From NCBI GenBank assembly GCA_000320545.1, contig ADNK01002807.1:1-64000 (forward strand): a stretch of DNA of 64,000 nucleotides, read 5' to 3'. Positions within the stretch are counted from its first letter, which is position 1. Each line of letters starts with the position of its first letter. Of this stretch, positions 57,949-64,000 are shown piece after piece. The notes under the pieces were generated by a model. It was given only the letters and a program-made list of their open reading frames with translations, was not told the origin of the DNA and did not search any database. The DNA is from Bigelowiella natans CCMP2755. Its lineage: Eukaryota; Protista; Cercozoa. The position numbers were made by a program, and so were the translations under genes.

Positions 57949-58529
57949 ATATACATTAGACATGTAGTGCATCAGTGCTTATCTCTACCTATCTATCTAT
58001 CTATCTATCTATCATCATCCCAAACCATTTGCGTGCTGAATTTAACTCCCATTATCTGCGGAACGCCACCTTTTATTATTATTATGATTATTATTATCAT
58101 TATGATTATTATCATTATCTTTTCTAAATTAGTATCACCCATTATTCCGTTATACTATACATAAACATGTCTGCTGCTGCTGCATGTATGTTATGTTGGT
58201 AAATATTTCTGTATTATTTCTTGGTAGGAACAATGGAATATGTTATATATTATGTTGTTAAATAGCAAGAATAATATGGTAACTGATAGTAAAAGAGTAG
58301 CAATAATAACGATGGTGGATTATGATCACGATTCCTCCTCCCTCCTCCTCCTCCCTCCTCCTTCTGCTACTGTACTTGTATCTGTTACTCACTACCATCT
58401 GATTTCTGAGCCTTTTCGGCCCACCCTAGCCTTGTAAGAGTCTCAATAAAATTGCTGATTGATGACAAGAAGAAGAAGAAGAAGAAGGAGAAGAAGAAGA
58501 AGAAGATGATGATGATGGGAGCACACACA

Positions 58530-58588
<59 letters not shown>

Positions 58589-59312
58589 ACATATAGCATA
58601 ATATGATGACCATTCGAGCATAGCTACTCATCAACTTGCTGCTGAGAGTAAGATGAGCGTGATATAACATCATTTTCATCATCATCGTTGTCGTTGTCAT
58701 AAGAAGAAAAAGAAGAAGAAGTAGTATTTTGTGGTGATGATGATCATCATCATTAGGGTTATCATCATCACCCGTTACGTTCCATATCCGGCAGCATAAG
58801 ATAGAGCACAGAAGTACTAGACAGCTTGAATGACAATATCTGTCGTACATACATAGTATGATGAGATGGTGATGATGATGATGATGATGATAGTAGTACT
58901 ACCGTGCCTTGAGGAAGTCGCATTGGATGGCGGATAACACTACCCTTCGGTAGCAAAAGAAGAAGAAGAAGAAGAAGAAGAAGAAGAAGAAGAAAGAAGA
59001 AGAGAGGTAGTTGTAGTAGTAGTAGTAGCTAACAGTTATTATCATTACCAGCAGCAGCAGCATGATGAGCAAGAGCAAAGAAACAACAAACAAACCAAAA
59101 GGTTGGTGATTCGAATAATCATTACTACCCTCTTCATCACTTGAGGGATGTTTTGATAGACATACGATTTGTCTGTCCACACCTAATAATAAAAATAATT
59201 ATAAAAATAATAACAATAGTAATAACAGTAATAAGAATAGGAATGGTAAGAATCATGATAATAGCAAAAACAATAATAATAATGGGAATACTAATAATGA
59301 CAATGACAACAA

Positions 59313-59349
<37 letters not shown>

Positions 59350-59618
59350 CTCTCTGTATCTCTCCCTCTCTATCTCTCTCTCCATATTAATCAACCTGAC
59401 AACCCTCCGCCATTCTGCCATCCGTAAACAAGATACCTTTGTTAGATCCAACAGCTCTCACCTAATAATAAAACCATGGCATAACATAATCATCATGGTG
59501 ACGATGATGAAGAAGATGAAGATATGTTGTTGATGATAATATTGATGATAGACAACTGCAATTCTGCTACTTGCTAGACAGTAGACACGTTGATGATACA
59601 CCAGCTTAGCCTTTCATT

Positions 59619-59654
<36 letters not shown>

Positions 59655-60475
59655 GTCTCTCTCTCTTTCGCTTCCTGTGTGCCGTAATATGTGAATCATT
59701 TCTCAAACTACTATTACGTTTGGTTGCACGTATATGCATACATACGATACTACGTACACACAACAAGTACATATGTACATGTATACATCACCTCAATTGT
59801 GACTATTTTTTATCTCTTTCTTTCCTATTTTGACTAAAGAGAGAGAGAGAGAGAACATTGCTACTACCCTACTTCTTTACTTACCAGCTGCTGTGAATTG
59901 TTTTTGTGCTGTTGTGCCCTTCCTAGCCCCCCTCCTCCCCCTCCTCCCCCTCCTCCTCTATCCAGACTTCCTTTTCGTAGTACTGTTGTTCCTACTACCG
60001 CTTCAGCCTTTCTTCCAGTGATTGTTTCTAAAGCTTTCACCCAACAACTGCATGCATTATAGAGAAAGGAATACAAGAAGAAGATGATGAAGGAGCAGGA
60101 AGGATGCAGTATTGATAATGAAAAGGGAACAGATATATAAGGTGCTACTGCTCAGGAACCTACTAATATAACAACATTTGTTCCCTCTTCTTGTTCTTCC
60201 TCTAAAGCTATTACTTTCCAATCCATAAATATAATAGACGAATACAAACAAACTTACCATCGATTTTGCTCTGATCCACATGCTAAATAATACTTCTTTT
60301 GAACTGAAAGAGGCCGAAGAGAAAATACGTATCTAGCAGCACACAACAACCCATTATCATGATAATTGTTGTTGTTGTTGTTGTTGTTGTTGGTAAAATA
60401 GTTAGTTCATGCATTCAATCATCATTCTGGATTATTATTATTATAATTAGTATACTCGGTAGTATACTTCTTCTT

Positions 60476-60507
<32 letters not shown>

Positions 60508-60529
60508 TGTTACGACTAACACAGAGTAC

Positions 60530-60567
<38 letters not shown>

Positions 60568-60575
60568 GCCGCATA

Positions 60576-60608
<33 letters not shown>

Positions 60609-60894
60609 GCGAGTAGTACTTACTTTTTATCGACAGCCGATCGATGTTCCAACTTAATAGTTGCTCCTACTAATGGCACCTAAAGAAGTAAGTTACGAGG
60701 GAGATGATGATCAGCATAACGATGATGATGATGATAATGATGATGATAATCGTTATATATCGTTCGTTTATAGTAGCCTATGTATGAATAAGTGACTTAT
60801 ACCCCCCTAAATACACTACTACTACTACAACTACTACAACTACTACTACTACTACTACTACTACTACACTACTACTACATCTACTACTACTACA

Positions 60895-60926
<32 letters not shown>

Positions 60927-62902
60927 CGAGTTTCTAGGCTTGAGACTGCGGTCCTTCTCTAAAAACCTTCATTGGGAAAAATTATCATCATGTTTCTTTG
61001 AGAGGGAGGGGAGGCAAGACAACAAGGATGAACCCCCAAAATAATAAGATAAGAGCGCCATAACAAGCCAAGAGGAACTTCACAATAGAATGAAAGAGAA
61101 TATACTACAACATATTGTTCATCAAAATGCGGATTATATTCACTGAAGCTTCTCTTTTCCTTCTTCTTCTTCTTCTTCCTCTTCTTCTACTTCTTTATCA
61201 TCCATCTCTATACTAATTCCTCTTCTTCTTCTTCTTCTTCTTTTTTGACTGGCTTTGTAGCTAATCAATTAATCTCATAATATGTAATTACGAACTTATT
61301 CTTTTATTTTAAGAGAGGGAATTTATTATCATCATCATCCTCTTTTGTATTAGTTGTATTGATTGTTTTAAAAAAGGAAAGCGATTGTCAGGTTATCTCC
61401 TCATTGACTAGTTTCCATTTACCACCGCATTTCTTTCTTCGTGAGAACACAGTAGCTTATTGTTTGTTCATTCATTACAATGGAGGGGTAGTAGTAGTAG
61501 TAGAAGAAGAAGAAGAAGAAGAAGAAGAAGAAGAGGGTAAGGTAAAATCAACCAAAAAAAAGAAACGTTAAGGGAAGTGGATAGGGATTCAGCAGTCTTG
61601 ATTGGGTGTTTGAATATCTGCTTTCCTTGTTGTTGTTGTTGTTGTTCTTCTTCTTCTTCTTCTTCTCCTTTTATCTCCTCACTCATTGACTCAGTCACTC
61701 TCACAACAAACAAAGAACACAGTAGTAATAATGCCATTCATAAGCATTATTACACGTACTAATCCCTCCCTCCCCCTCCCAACTATCAACCTACTACTAC
61801 TACCGTTTCTGCCACTCTTTTACCACAATGCCAGAGACTTTCAGTAGGAATCTAATCGGTGAGAAATAATATACAAGTCATTATCATCGTTTACTGAGTA
61901 GTATCAAATTGAAAAACAATATACCCATTGTTATCATCCCCAAATCCAAACATCATCATCATCACTATCATCATCCTTCCTCACCATCATTTGTTGATTG
62001 ACAACGAGCACCACCAGGGTACTACGATAGTAGTAGTAGTTGTAGTAGTAGTAGTAGTAGTAGTTGGCTCTATCATCATATCCATGCTTCTACTGCCACT
62101 ATTTCCTACTACTACGAACATCATCACCATCATCTTGACTTCTACTACTAGTACCACAGCTGTTGGTGAATACTACTTCTTCTTCTTCTTCTACTACTAC
62201 TACTACTACCTACCCTTCATGGATGGAGTGAGGGTCCATCTTACTTTGCATCCCTTGGGAGGATGAAGAATTCTTTGTGGGTTAGTTAGTAGTGAGTATG
62301 ATGATGGGGAGGATCTCACGATTATGAAATGAGAGAAGACCCATACCAACCAACCAACCAATTAAATGTATTAAATAACAACCCAACAGTCTATCTAATG
62401 CTACTACTTATTCTATCATACTTCTCTTACCCCTTCTTGGTCTATAAAAGATGCTCCGAAAGCACGGAGCTGAATTGTGATCATTATATTATCAAGATAT
62501 TAAATGTCAAAAATAAAATTTAAAGACACGCACATGCGTGTGTCATCATATGTGTGTATCTATATATAGTATACACATATATTCATTTATATTCATTGAT
62601 TTTAGAGTTAGTATTCACATTAATAATTCAAAAGGAGTGGGGGCACACTAGTGTGAGTTATTCTCACTACCGCATTAATCATATTCTCCAGCCCTTGAGC
62701 ACTTTCTGCTGAAAGTATGTACCTGTTTTGCCGCCCCCCAAGTGAAGAAGAAATGAATTTGAAATAAAAGGAGTGTGAGATATCAATCAGGAGAGAGAAA
62801 GGTTGAATAGAGAAGACTAAAGGGAGGGAGGGAGGGAGGGAGGGAGGGAGGGGGGAACTTGAAAATATGGAGAATTTTTTGTTTGTGCGCGCGCGCGCGC
62901 GC

Positions 62903-62935
<33 letters not shown>

Positions 62936-63161
62936 GCCAGTATCTTTTTATGTTGGTCTTTCTCTCTTCTATGTTCTTTCTTATCATCATCGTTGTTTGG
63001 TTGGCCACTGACTCTCTTTTTTCTCCACTTGGTTGCACGCCAAATGCAAAGGACTTGTTGTATTTGCTATTCGGAATGTGTCGAATGTGTGCCCCTGGAT
63101 GGTAAAGGTGGAGGGTCACATCGATTATCATACGCACGCACACACTCACACACATATATGC

Positions 63162-63204
<43 letters not shown>

Positions 63205-63737
63205 AGAGAGAATAATTTTATTGGAGCGTTCGAAGCCATTCCTCAATATCGATGAATTTACCTTTAACGATAATACATCCTCGCGGTTCACCATAGCTTG
63301 TGTCCTCTTGCGACACTGCAATGAGTACGTGCATGATGATCATTGTACAAGCTAAAATGATTTTATCTTTTGTGGCTCATTCATTGTACAAGCTAAAATG
63401 ATTTTATCTTTTGTGGCTCATTCATTTATTCTAACCGAAATATTGCAGTTGGCCCGTGGTTGCATCTATTATAAAATATCGTCGTTTCCAGGTCTTCATA
63501 AAACCACCCATTTTCTGCATATATCCCTTTGCTTCCGCTGCCAAAGTCTGCTTCCTCCGCATCATCTTGCTCCAGTAGTAAGTAGTAGTAGTGCTAGAAG
63601 AAGACTTCTTACTTCTTTCTTTTATGTCCCTCTGTGATTATCAGAGAACTTCTCATCAAATAAGCACATAACAACGGTGCCAACAACCAACACCGATTGG
63701 ATCTTGTGCGTGCGTGCGTGCCTGCATTTACCACCCT

Positions 63738-63793
<56 letters not shown>

Positions 63794-63803
63794 AAATACC
63801 CAT
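53007..63803 (-). CDS. Tandem-PH-domain protein with C-terminal auxilin-type J domain; many exons
   Basis: PH1: KGYMQKMGGFMKTWKRRYFII..LQYF..PRGCIIVKGA..FAFGVQP..EYILSAES..LENMINA. PH2: HEGFLLKVSGIVVKEWQKRYCVL..PRNSVPLVGA..KYYLACGSEQNR..WVKAL. C-terminus: VEEWLSKHKKNIVKLLVHMDEIFP..VKKAYHKTLLQVHPDK|V..QKVRAEAIFEGLSKAY (auxilin-type J domain). Start uncertain (63565 or 63803); not every middle junction was verified. Confidence 0.75.
55669..55800 (-). repeat. Triplicated exon-end/5' splice-site unit
   Basis: On the minus strand: GATGAAGAGAAATGGATTCAG|GTGTAGTGG, GATGAAGAGAAAGGGATTTAG|GTGTGGTGG and GAAGAAGGGGAATGGATTCAG|GTGTAGTGG, separated by TAG-rich linkers. Confidence 0.8.
63340..63426. repeat. 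Perfect 41-bp intronic tandem duplication
   Basis: tcattgtacaagctaaaatgattttatcttttgtggctcat at 63340 and 63381. Confidence 0.9.
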
Positions 63804-64000
63804 TAATCTTCTACTCTAATTATTTCTGAAATAAAAAAAAATCTCAAATCGCTTGTTTTTGTAGAGCTCCGAAAGGATCAACATTGAATTCTCTTCAGTT
63901 GCTAACTCTCCCCACCCCGTTCGAATTCGTGGAACGCCTGTGACGTACAGAATCTCGGTAGCCAGCTGGATGATTACCTAATAAAAAACACAAAAAGATC

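Overview
Intron-dense, microsatellite-rich eukaryotic nuclear DNA; most entries in the ORF track are microsatellite artefacts, so gene models were built by hand from GT-AG introns with consistent phases. About 14 protein-coding genes were found. In order: + membrane-anchored S8 subtilase (5'-partial), - divergent SKP1-like protein, + C2H2/acidic protein, - SDR with a plastid-type leader, + IBA57/YgfZ, - intronless DUF6817/HD-like protein, + GT34-TPR protein, - S10 serine carboxypeptidase, + XRN exoribonuclease fused to a La motif, - type-B carboxylesterase, + HCAR with a plastid-type leader, - small acidic protein, + JMJD6-like JmjC protein, - tandem-PH/auxilin-type J protein. HCAR plus signal-peptide/transit-peptide leaders point to a chlorophyll-b alga with a secondary plastid, most plausibly a chlorarachniophyte (inference). 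Main unexplained structure: (1) gene orientation alternates strictly, with short head-to-head gaps and longer tail-to-tail spacers of distinct CATG/TGCA/CTAG-rich composition; (2) intronic microsatellites are polarised and mutually complementary (GAT/TAG after donors, CAT/CTA before acceptors); (3) XRN-La and PH-PH-auxilin J architectures; (4) triplicated splice junctions, a foldback element and a compensated double frameshift. No RNA genes or CRISPR arrays were recognised.
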